This document shows positions 1 through 11,673 of a stretch of DNA of 64,000 nucleotides, one piece after another. Below the pieces are notes generated by a model that did no database searches, was not told the DNA's origin, and saw only the letters and a list, made by a program, of their open reading frames with translations. How positions within the stretch are numbered: position 1 is the first letter of the stretch; each line of letters begins with the position of its first letter. A program made the translations under genes and the position numbers. This DNA comes from Lytechinus pictus (lineage: Eukaryota): the NCBI RefSeq assembly GCF_037042905.1, contig NC_087246.1, forward strand, positions 9,612,001 through 9,676,000. Direction: 5' to 3'.

Positions 1-680
1 TGCCCCCCTTTTGAGAAGAAAATTAAAATTTGTAATGTTAAAATTCCATTGAAACCGAGGTGTGCCCCCTCTTTTGAAATTGAAGACCTTTTTTTTTTTT
101 CCTTGTCAAATTATTCCTCCGAAAAATTTGCCCCCCCCCTTTCGAAAAATCCTGGATCCGCCCGTGGAGGCCGCATATGAGGTGAGGTTGTGTGTAGGTG
201 CATGTGTGTCATCTTTGGAACACTTCGACGGACATTTGCATTAAAAAAAAGGAAAGTAGGAAAAAACACAAATTATGAGCATTTTCATTTAGGCTTATTT
301 ATTTTCAATAGTCTCGGCGGTGCAGGCGTCGACCGGGTTCTGCACCGTATATGGCAATTAGTACTAGCTAGCAGCTTGCGAAGGAAAGCCAGTTTCAAAG
401 TAATTGCTTTAGTGGTGTACAAATGAGGGGGGGGGGGGGGGCTTCGGGCGCTTGGCCCCCCCCCCCCCTCCCCAACAAAAAAAATCACGACCAAGAAAAA
501 AAAAGAAAGGGAAAGAGAAAAGGGTGAAATATATTTTTTCTGTACTATATTTTGCCATACATAATTGGATTTTTTTAAAGATAAAAAAGTCTAAATTTTT
601 GCTCACTCACAACTTTTTTTTAATTTTGCCCAATTCGCCATATCTAGCCCCTTCAAAATATTTGGCTCATTACGCCACTG
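1..680. repeat. Remnants of GC-tract MITEs (3' ends ...aaaatcctggatccgccc and ...ttacgccactg)
   Basis: The same terminal motifs and gaagacc-polyT-cttgtca core occur in the TSD-flanked MITEs at 25618 and 42364 and at the end of 43139-47907. Confidence 0.5.
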
Positions 681-870
681 ATATGTTTCATCACACTTCT
701 ATGCAAATGCTAATTTATTCAGAATATGCTATTTCTCCTAATAAATCCATTGTTTTATATGGCTTTGTGGAATTGTTGGGGGTCTAGAATTACTTCATTA
801 ATATGCATTGATTAATTTTATTCAAAATCACAAAAACTGCAAGCTCTCTTCTTCTCCTTATTATCAGTAA

Positions 871-1033
871 TGTAATGAGCCTAGAGGATTATGTATTATG
901 CACACTGCATCATTGGTGTAAACGTTTGTTCTTTTATGTGCACAGGGACTTACTGTGTTCATTGTTAGCTGCCATAGCACCTGAAGCTTTATAGCCCAGA
1001 GCAACAAATAGACAAGGTTCTTATTTATGAACA
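871..1033 (+). mobile_element. Candidate 5' LTR of the Gypsy element
   Basis: TG...CA-bounded ~160 bp segment ending 16 bp before the gag ATG. No second LTR is available for comparison and there is no clean TGG primer-binding site. Confidence 0.3.
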
Positions 1034-1049
1034 CGGTCAACTCTCCAAC

Positions 1050-3243
1050 ATGCCTACCGTTAACTGCCCAATACCCGGCTGTGACTACGCCACACCAGAC
1101 CTTGATGCTGCCATCGTAGCTGCCCTTCTCACTGCCCACAGTAGCATTCACACCTCTGGACAAGCCGCCAAGGTCGAGAAGGTCAAGAGACCAACGATTG
1201 CCACTGCTGGCACCAGCGAGGAATGGGCATACTTCAAGTCGCGGTGGTCCGACTATGTCGTTGCCACTAAGATCACTGGGAAAGACAAGGTTGTACAGCT
1301 TCTTGAGTATTGTGACGAGCCCCTACGGAAGGACCTCACGCGAGCTGCTGGTGGCAGCCTCACCAACAAAACTGAGGACGAGGTGCTGACAGCCATCAAG
1401 AAGCTCGCCGTACGAGAGGAGAACACCATGGTTGCCCGTGTGACACTCCACAACATGCGTCAAGACAGGAACGAGAAAGTTCGCAGCTTCGACGCCCGTC
1501 TGCGGGGACAGGCAGATATTTGCAAATTCATCATAGCTTGCCCTGCCTGCAATGCTGATGTCAATTACACTGATGCAATCATGCGGGATGTGCTTACCAG
1601 GGGGATTGCCGATTCTGAAATCCAGCTCGATCTTTTAGGGGACAAAAACCAAGACATGGGCCTGGAAGAGGTTTTTCAGTTCATTGAAGCAAAAGAGGCT
1701 GGTAAACGCTCTGCCTCCTCTCTCCTCGACTCACACACGGAAACGGCCAGCAGCTCCTCCTATAGGAAAGCTAAGCAGGCGCACCCAGGGCCCAAGGACA
1801 AACAGGAACTGTGTGCCTACTGTGGCAAGAAAGGGCATGGACGGAGTGCTCCAGCTCATGTCCGCAAGACGCAGTGCCTGGCCTATGGACAGAAATGTGG
1901 TCACTGCGACAAGTTCCACCACGTGGAGGACGTTTGACGCACCAAGGGCAAGCCGAAAACGTCACAATCGACCTCCTCGGGTGAGCAGGAGGGGGCCATC
2001 TTTGATACCCTTTGTACTATCCATGACCTAGGACAACCAAATGGCCTCCCCATTGATCACCAAGTATATGATGACATTTCCCAAGCATGGCACAGGAAGA
2101 AATCAACTCCTCAGCCATACCTCAATGTGACTGTAAGGGCTGTTCCGGAGGACTATCAAGACCTCGGGTTTAACCTTTCATCCCCCTCACAAACCAGCGC
2201 CATCCCAGCCATGGCGGACACTGGGTGCCAGAGCTGCCTTGCCGGGTTAAAGGTCCTCCGCCGCCTTGGGTTACGTCAGCAAGACCTCATTCCTGTCACC
2301 ATGGCGATGCACACCGCAACTGAAGGCGGCATTACTATCCTCGGAGCCGTCCCCCTACGCCTCTCTGGCCGAAATCCTCTTGGCCACATGGTCGAGTCAC
2401 GGCAACTCACTTACATCACAGACAGTTCTGATAAGCTCTTCCTCAGCAAAGAGGCCTGCATTGACTTGAGGATCATCTCAAACAGCTTCCCTACTCTTGG
2501 CATGACACAAGGGGCACACCAACCAGACAGAGCAGCCACCCTCAAGGGGATTCCCGAGCGGTCCGCCTGTCCCTGCCCTCGGCGTCAACTGCCCCCACCG
2601 CCTCCTACAAAACTGCCATTTCCTGCGACTGACGCAAACTGTGAGAAGCTACAACAGTATCTCCTAGATTACTACCAGTCCAGCACATTCAACACCTGTG
2701 AGCATCAGCCCTTGCCACTCATGGATAGCCCCCCCGATGAAATTGATGGTGGACCCAGATGTGGAACCCGTCGCTCATCACACACCTGTGCCGGTCCCAC
2801 TCCATTGGCGTGATGCCATCAAGGCTGGTTTGGATCATGATGTGCAGTTGGGCGTGCTGGAACCTGTACCCATTGGGGAGCCTGTTACATGGTGCCACAG
2901 GATGGTGGTGTGTGCTAAAAAGGACGGTAAACCACGTCGAACAGTCGACTTTCAAGCCCTCAACGTCCATGCTACACGTGAAACGCACCATACACCATCA
3001 CCCTTCATTCAGGCCCGTTCTGTCCCCCACGGTAAGAAGACAGTATTGGATGCATGGAATGGTTACCACAGCGTCCCCATATGCCCAGAGGACCGACACC
3101 TGACCACTTTCATTACCCCATGGGGCAGGTATCGTTACAAGACAGCCCCTCAGGGCTACATTTCCTCAGGAGATGGATACACTAGGCGGTATGATGAAAT
3201 CGTCTCAGACATCCAAAATAAGACGAAATGCGTCGACGACGCA
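1050..3243 (+). pseudogene. Ty3/Gypsy LTR retrotransposon gag-protease-RT, disrupted and 3'-truncated
   Basis: Gag with Cys/His knuckles (CAYCGKKGH, CGHCDKFHH). Aspartic protease ADTG. RT motifs RRTVDFQALN, LDAWNGYH, TTFITPWGRYRY, APQG, CVDD. In-frame TGA at 1935-1937, frameshift in the C-run near 2730, homology ends just after CVDD. Confidence 0.92.
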
Positions 3244-4119
3244 ACTTTTGTTGCATGAAAAAAATATTTTGTTTCATGTTTTAGATCAAAAGTTTTTCCT
3301 ATATTACAAAATTCTTTTAAAAAATCAAACACATGACCTGAAAGAATGATTCTCCTTCTTTACAAAGATACCAAAAACATGAAATGTGGTCAATATTTAG
3401 AGCAGCAATGGCCGAATAAAGAGGTGTTTTGGTTCGCACCAAGCTCATTAACTATGCAAAAACCCTCTAGTCATGAATATCACTTGGATAATAGAAGCTA
3501 CTTTTTCAGGGCTTGCGGACTGACTGGTCAGATATGTCGTATCAGGCAAAATATAATGAAAGTTGTGAGCGAGCAAGAAATTTTTTTGATATTTTCATTT
3601 TTAAAAAGATCAAATTTTGTATCGTATATTTTTACATAAAAATATTCAGAAAATGATATTTCACCTTTCTCTGTTTTCTTTTCTTTCATTTCTCTTTATT
3701 CATAATTTTTTGGAGGGAAGCGCCCCAAGCCCCCCCCCCCCCCCCCCCATCTGTGCACTTCTACCAATACTGTTGTTACTATTTGATGAATAATTTTCAT
3801 AGAAACGACTGGTTCATTAAACACAGCCTTTCGTGAAAAGCTCCCCCGGTTTCCCGAAAAGGTGCGTTTAATTGACTCCCCTCCCTCAACCCACCCTTTC
3901 GAGAATAGCTCCTCCGGTTTTCTCGAAAGGGTGCGACCATCCCCGCTCCGTGAATGTAGACGATCGTAACAAGCTGTACTACTATAGCTCCAGTACTACC
4001 CAGGACCAAAATCCAATTGAAACCAGTTGGATTTCCAACTGGTTTCAATTGGTTTCAATTGGTTTCAACTGGTTTCAATTGGTTTTAACTGGAATTTAAC
4101 AATTTCCAGTTGAAACCAA

Positions 4120-4960
4120 TTGAAACCAGTTGGGCAACTGGAAATCCTAACTGGAACCAGTTGGGTAACTTGAAATGACTTCCAATTGGAAATGATTTCT
4201 AACTGGAACCAGTTGAGTAACTGGAAATCCCAACTGGAACCAGTTGGGCAACTGGAAATCCTAACTGGAACCAGTTGGGTAACTGGAAATGACTTCCAAT
4301 TGGAAATGATTTCTTACTGGAACCAGTTGAGTAACTGGAAATCCCAACTGGAACCAGTTGGGCAACTGGAAATCCTAACTGGAACCAGTTGGGTAACTTG
4401 AAATGACTTCCAATTGGAAATGATTTCTAACTGGAACCAGTTGAGTAACTGGAAATCCCAACTGGAACCAGTTGGGCAACTGGAAATCCTAACTGGAACC
4501 AGTTGGGTAACTGGAAATGACTTCCAATTGGAAATGATTTCTTACTGGAACCAGTTGAGTAACTGGAAATCCCAACTGGAACCAGTTGGGCAACTGGAAA
4601 TCCTAACTGGAACCAGTTGGGTAACTGGAAATGACTTCCAATTGGAAATGATTTCTTGCTGGAACCAGTTGAGTAACTGGAAATCCCAACTGGAACCAGT
4701 TGGGCAACTGGAAATCCTAACTGGAACCAGTTGGGTAACTGGAAATGACTTCCAATTGGAAATGATTTCTAACTGGAACCAGTTGAGTAACTGGAAATCC
4801 CAACTGGAAATCCTAACTGGAACCAGTTGGGTAACTGGAAATCCTAACTGGAACCAGTTGGGTAACTGGAAATGACTTCCAACTGGAAATGATTTCTAAC
4901 TGGAACCAGTTGGGTAACTGGAAATCCTAACTTGAACCATTCAGTTGTGTAACTGGAAAT
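4120..4960. repeat. 114-bp higher-order tandem array built from aactggaa-type subunits
   Basis: tgggcaactgg recurs at 4131, 4245, 4359 and onward (114-bp period). About 6 near-identical copies, then decay. Confidence 0.9.
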
Positions 4961-5752
4961 CCTAACTGGTACCAATTGGGTAACTGGAGATGACTTCTAA
5001 CTGGAAAGATGGGTAACTGGAAATGAATTCTAATTGGAACCAGTTGGGTAACTGGAAATTATTTCCAATTGGTTTCCAATTGGACATTTTCCAGTTACCC
5101 AACTGGATCCAATTGAAACCAGTTAATTTGCATATTATTTGCCAGTGTGCACAGATTAATGTTTTATGAGATTAATCATCATTAACAATGTATCTATTTA
5201 ATTCTTTACAATTTCAAGTACCACACTTTTTAAAGATAAGTATTTAGAATACTTAGCAGTGAAAACCATGTACATAAATGTTATAGATTATAATTAAAAC
5301 AGATTAAAGGATAATTAGTACACCACTAACTGTTACCAAATTACATCAAATAAAAGTACATATATCTGAAGATCTTCCATATAAATATTTACACATGAAA
5401 GTCTGTATTTTATCAATGCCCTTTACATTGGTATTAATAGACATATAACACTGCTTCTGTGTTGGCATGAGAAATAGTTAGTGCAAACGCTAATTAATTT
5501 GTAACTAATTAAGTTCGTTCCAACTGGAAGTTCCAATTGGATCCAGTTGGAAACCAATTGGTTTCAACTGGTTCCAGTTGAAACCAGTTGCCTCCAATTG
5601 GTTTCAACTGGAACCAATTGAAACCAGTTGCCTCCAATTAGTTTCAACTGGAACCAATTGAAACCAGTTGCCTCCAATTGGATTCAATTGGTTTTAATAG
5701 GGAAATTGGAACAACTGGAACCAATTGACAACAATTGCCAACTGGTTCCAGT

Positions 5753-8010
5753 GGCTTGTTATAATCACTCGGGTCGCGTTCGCGTTCGAAATCACTTGGG
5801 TCGCGTTCGAAATCACTCGGGTTTTGGATTTTTGGCGATTTTTTTTATTTCGATGCGATTTTTTTTTCTAACGGTGTCTTCAATGGGACAAACACGCTGG
5901 GAAAATAAAATGAAATTCAAATTCTAGTTTCGTTTTAAGCCGGCAAGTGCCTTAAAAAAAAGGCACTCGCCTACTGCTTAACATAACAAACAAGCAAATC
6001 AGCCATGTGGCTCAACTATCCTAGAATACATCCAGACTTCTACTGTTTTTATACGAGGACTCCGAGTCGGAACTTGCCATATCTGCCACATCGATATTAC
6101 ATCGTCATTCACATGTACGGACATGTATGCCTGCATGCAATGGCCCCAAGGCGGGACCCGGCCACGGTCGGACACGGCGTGCATCGGTAGCATGGAGCAA
6201 TTTTACGTGAGTCCAGCCGAGTTAGATCCCACGTTACAGTGCCAGTCAGTCTGCAGCTCGTCCGAAAGTATTTTATTCAGCGGTATGCATAGCCAGCCAT
6301 CCATGGTTTAATGCATATATACGCAGTTAGACCAAAAGCTTCGGTCTCCAGTCTGTAATGTTCGTTGTTCCGCTGAACTCCATTAGCTCCACTCACCAAT
6401 ACAGAGACCGAAGTTCTAGCTCGATCTGTACAGGGACTCAATGGCCATATGTTTATGCATTAAGTTGTGAAGTTGCGCGACAGCCGATGCAATTAGTTAC
6501 TGTTTTTCCCCTTTTAAGTTTATTTTCTCTTTTTTTGGTGCATTTTAGGACAAAACGGAATAATAATATTTATTTGATACAGTTCTTTCCATATATTTTT
6601 ATGAAATAAAGACAAAAATCGATGAGCGCTGTCTGGGGGATTTTGCATTGTTAACCCCGTAATGATGGTTGCACCATAGCGAGCCGTCTATGTACGAGGA
6701 GAAATAAAAATGTTAAAAAACTCGAAACAGACGGCTGCCAGCTGTCTAATACGTAATGAGCTTTGAGGACGATCTTTCCGATAGGCGTTTTAAAATTCTG
6801 CTCTTAACTATTGTCCATTTCTCATAAAATTTGTCTTATTTTATAGATAAAATCGCCATATCATGTTTTAAGTAACTGGAGACCTAAAAAATTCCCTACC
6901 TAAATTCTCGAAACATTGCATTAGGTGATGTGCTTAATTGATCTTCTTTGTGCTCGCGTGCCAAACGTATACGTTGAGCTGAACGGGGATCAGTCTCTCT
7001 CCCTGTCTCTCCTACCTTTCCGAAATTAAAACGGTCCTTCGATCGGACATAGTTATTTAGACGCAGGACAAATAATGCTCTGACAACCAAACTAACTTTT
7101 CGTCAGCATCAGTAAAAATGTGAATGGGCTTTTAAAAACTATACTAAAAATGATCTAAAATTGATCTTAGATCGATTTTAAAATTGATTTTGGAAATCAA
7201 TTTTAAATTAATTTTAAAATCGTAATTGTACCTGTTCTAATTAACCGATTTTAAAATCGGCTCCCGATTTTACCCGATTTTACCACAATCGGCGCGATCA
7301 CCTGCCAATCTTCGATCATGCCCCTTGAAGGAAAAATCGGACATAAAATATCGGCGTAGATCTAGTTACAGTGCGTGATCGTTCAGAACATATTTCAAGA
7401 TTTTTTTGAGGTGCTAGCTATTTAGAGGTCGCATTAATCAAGGAGAAAGACGCAGTATTATCTCTGACGATGTTTACGAGGATAGATATCTTCTCTTCAA
7501 CCTCGTGGTGATAGCGGACGCCGCCGTGAACTTTTAAAGGTCGTATTACCGACGGACATCACTGCACTACTCTCTTACCTCCTTTATGATGATAGACACT
7601 TCTCTTCAACCTCGTGGTGATAGCGGACCCCGCTTCTTTTATATTTGTTCTTGGTTATCAAAAGTTAATTTCTGAAGATAGTAATAAATTGATTTGAAAA
7701 CGTTAGCTCCCCAAAGCATTTTAATAACATGTTCCGAATCATCGCGCGTGCTTGCGACTTCTATTACATTTTAATTGCACTTGCGCCTTTAAGATGATGC
7801 ATTTTATTTAAGGCATTTGCTGGCTTAAAACGAAACTAGAATTTCAATTTCATTTTATTTGCCCAGCGTGTTTGTCCCATTGAAGACACCGTTAGAAAAA
7901 AAATCGCATCGAAATAAAAAAAAATCGCCAAAAATAAAAAACCCGAGTGATTTCGAACGCGACCCGAGTGATTTCGAACGCGAACGCGACCCGAGTGATT
8001 ATAATAAGCC
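5753..8010. mobile_element. Non-autonomous DNA transposon with ~200-bp TIRs, GG...CC ends and 8-bp TSD (Merlin/MULE-like)
   Basis: 5753-5953 is the reverse complement of 7809-8010. gttccagt is duplicated at 5745-5752 and 8011-8018. Confidence 0.85.
6328..6748 (+). mobile_element. ~430-bp TAGAC...GTCTA repeat with 3' terminal hairpin (copy 1)
   Basis: Colinear with 15134-15578. Ends in the agacggctg-c-cagctgtct stem-loop. Confidence 0.75.
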
Positions 8011-8300
8011 GTTCCAGTTGCCCAATTGGTTTTTAACTGGAACCAATTGGCAACTGGTTTTCAATTGGAACCAGTTGTTCCAATTTCCCTATTGAAACCA
8101 GTTGGCCAACTGGTTTCAATTGGTTTTGCCCTAATTGGTTTTAACTGGATTTTGGTCCTGGGTAGTACTACTAGTACTGGAGCTATTAGCTCCATGGTCC
8201 TATATAGCTGGGTAAGCGGAACAATTAACCACGTTTAATATAGACCAACATTGCAACATCCCGACTAACGTTAGGTTACACAGTACAGACATGACAGAGC

Positions 8301-11300
8301 AGTTTACTGACGGATGGTCTAATATCACTTGGTCTAATCATCAGATGGTCTAACAACATTTGGGCTAAACCCACTTAGTCCAATTCTCTTTTGGTCTAAT
8401 GACCACTTGGTCTAATAGCCAATTGGTCTAATGAACACTTGGTCTAATAGCCACTTGGTCTAATGACCACTTGGTCTAATGACCACTTGGTCTAATAGCC
8501 ACTTGGTCTAATGACCACTTGGTCTAATAGCCACTTGGTCTAATGCCCAGTTGGGCTAATTGTCACTTGGTCTAATTTTCATTTGGTCTAATTGCTATTT
8601 CGTCTAATATATTTTATTGTCACTTGTTCTAATATCAGTTCGCCTAATAGTCAGTTGGTCTAATACCAGTTGGTCTAATCCTCACTTGGTCCATCATTCA
8701 CTTGGTGGCCTAATCCTCACTTGGTCTAATCTGCAGTTGGTCTAATTTCCATTTCGGCTAATTTCCACTTGGTCTAATTTCCACTTCGGCTAGTTTCCAT
8801 TTCGTCTAATTTCCAGATAGTCTACATTCATTTCGTGTACATGCCACTTGGTCTAATTTGTAAAGTTTGCAAGGTTACTTGTTTTCAATTTTCTCGTGAA
8901 ATTTTTAAAGTTACTTTACTGATAATTATTTAAACCCATTCCCAGTTTCTTGTGTTTTCTAAGTTGTTGCAGTGAATACATGTATTATTATTTTTAATCA
9001 TATGTACAACTACCAGTAGGCCTATACTTGTACTGTAGTACAAGAGGCTACACTAAAAACACCATAACATGTCATTCAATGAATGTTAATTGTTTTAATA
9101 TACAACAAAATATAACAGAGTCTGACTATCGTGCTTTCGACTTTTTGGCCGATCAAAATTCCCTGATTTTACCCTCATTTGAGGCATTTTCCCCTGATTT
9201 GAGGCAATTCCCTGATTTTTCCATGACTGGAAAAACATTTTAAAATCCCTGATTTCCTTGATGGGCTGGGAACCCTGCCAATCCATTTTAAGGAGGAGGC
9301 GAAGAGGTAGAACAAAAAACAGAATAAGAAGATGAAAGACTACCATGGTGATAACTGATAAAGGTCTGCAAACGTAGACTTTACTACCCAGGTAACAAGC
9401 CAACGTTGGCTCCACGTTGGAAACTTGAAAGTCATTGGACGTTGGAAAAACTTGATGGATTAACGTTGAATCAACGTTGGAAACTAGTTTGATGGAAAGA
9501 TGATGGACAATCAACAATGACACGACGTTGGCAACGTTGGAAACTTGTTAGTTGGAGAGTTGTTGGACAGTCGACAATGTCACAACGTTGGAAACACGTT
9601 TGATTGGATAGTTGTTGAACAGCCAGCAAAGGCACAACGTTGGCAACGTTGGAAACTAGTTTGCTGGAAAGTTGTTGAACAACTGACAATGGCACAACGT
9701 TGACAAATATGGAAACTAGTTTGTTGGAGATTTGTTGGACGGTCGACAATGGCACAACGTTGGAGACTAGTAAGTTGGAGAGTTGTTGGACAGTCGACAA
9801 TGTCACAACGTTGGAGACACGTTTGATTGGATAGTTGTTGACAGCCAGCAAAGGCACAACGTTGGCAACGTTGGAAACTAGTTCGCTGGAAAGTTGTTGA
9901 ACAATCAACAATGACACGACGTTGGCAACGTTGGAAACTTGTTAGTTGGAGAGTTGTTGGACAGTCGACAATGGCACAACGATGGAAACTAGTAGGTTGG
10001 AGATTAGTTGGATAGTCGACGATGACACAAGGTTGGCAACGTTGGAAACTAGTTCGATGGAAAGTTGTTGAACAACCAACTATGGCACAACGTTGTCAAA
10101 GCTAGAAACTAGTTCGATGAAGATTTGTTGGATAGTCGACGATGGCACAACGTTGGAAACTGGTAGATTGGAGATTAGTTTGTTATTAACACATCTATAT
10201 GGCTGCTACCAAGATGGTCGCAGTGATGTTGTCGCAGCTAACCCAATAAACCTGTATAGGTGTTATCAAACTCTATCTAACTGGTCTGTTATTTGCCTCC
10301 AAACTAACTATTGGAATAACTAAACAAAATATTTATAATAAAATTACATCATCTAATGGCTTTGTTACTTTTTGAATCCCCCAAACTGCATAGCTATTGC
10401 TTATTTTCCATCAAGTTCAAGTATCGTCCGTAATGGTGGAAAGCAATGATCTAAATGAGGCATAAACATGTTTACCAGATACGTATCCACGTACACAATC
10501 AATTACATTATATTTTCGTTCCTTTCTTCATAATATTAATAATGTTATTCTGATTAAAACCCTGCCATTCATTATAAGCTACACGGTCCCCAAATTATTG
10601 TTCTGTAAATGTGCATGCGGTGATGTAATGATTATGAGTATGATATCATTTTCATCATCATCGATAATCGATATGTAGGCCTAATTATAAGAATTATATA
10701 TGATTAGAATAATTCATTTGATGAGCGACTATCTCGTCATCGATAGTCCTTCACGGTGAGGTTTTGCGCCCACCAGCCCTACCCCTGCTCTACCCCTCCG
10801 GATCCTGGCAACATGTATTAACTGATGCATGGTAATTTATCCACTACCATATTTAATTCTAGATCAATTAAATAAATAATAATGAATGATGTTATGTTAG
10901 AATAAATGGACATTAGACCAAGTGTGAATTACATGTAGACCAAATGAAAATTAGACCAAGTGACGATTAGCCCAACTGGGTATAAGACCAATTGGCGATA
11001 AGACCAAGTGGTCATTAGACCATTTGGCTATTAGACCAAGTGGTCATTAGACCAATTGGATATTAGACCAAGTGGAAATTAGACTAAATGGAAATTAGAC
11101 CAAGTGGAAATTAGACCAAACGGTCATTAGACCATGTGACAATTAGACGAAATGAAAATTAGACCAAGTGGAAATTAGCCAAAGTGGAAATTAGACCAAG
11201 TTTTGTTAGACCAACTGGAAATTAGACTAAATGGTTTTAGCCCAACTGCTCGCGATCATTAGACTAATTGGACATTATTTAGACCAAGTGGGAATTACAC

Positions 11301-11482
11301 GAATTGGATATTAATTAGGCCAAGTGAAAATTAGCCCAACTGGTTATCAGCCCAAATGGAAATTAGACGAATTGGATATTAGACGAACTGGTTGTAGACT
11401 AAATGAATTTAGACTATGTGAAGTTGGACAAACTAATAAGTAGACCAAGTGGTATTTTTATTAGACCATCCGATAATTCACC
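8301..11482. mobile_element. Foldback (TU-type) element with tandem-repeat outer arms and 8-bp TSD
   Basis: cacttggtctaat repeats at 8310-8860 are mirrored by attagaccaagtg repeats at 10910-11470. gacagagc is duplicated at 8293-8300 and 11483-11490. Confidence 0.85.
9387..10180 (+). mobile_element. Truncated CCCAG-terminus element with aacgttgg tandem array
   Basis: Starts cccaggtaacaagccaacgttgg, near-identical to 62695 onward. Right end is absent. Confidence 0.8.
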
Positions 11483-11673
11483 GACAGAGCAGACTGTGGC
11501 AGAGACTGTCTGACAATTTTTTTTTGCATTTTGCCATTTTTGGTCTCTCTCACTTTCTCAGACTCAGGCTTTATAGCAAGCATTATCCGAAAGCTTCAGT
11601 CTCTAGCTGTAAATTGGTCGTTCTACTGAACTGTGCAACTGATTGTTTTTGTCCTCCATAGACCAACCTCGTT

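Larger units (their letters stand above)
3999..8162. mobile_element. Non-autonomous DNA transposon with CCCAG...CTGGG termini (EnSpm/CACTA-like), internal satellite and nested insertions
   Basis: TIR cccaggaccaaaatcca / tggattttggtcctggg. 2-bp TA duplication at 3997-3998 and 8163-8164. aactgg/ccagtt repeats inside both ends. Confidence 0.8.

Noticed and set aside
4120..4960. Regular repeats resembling a CRISPR array, and ORFs 4186-4875
   Set aside because: No unique spacers and no cas genes, in a eukaryotic context. The ORFs are translations of a 114-bp (multiple of 3) satellite.
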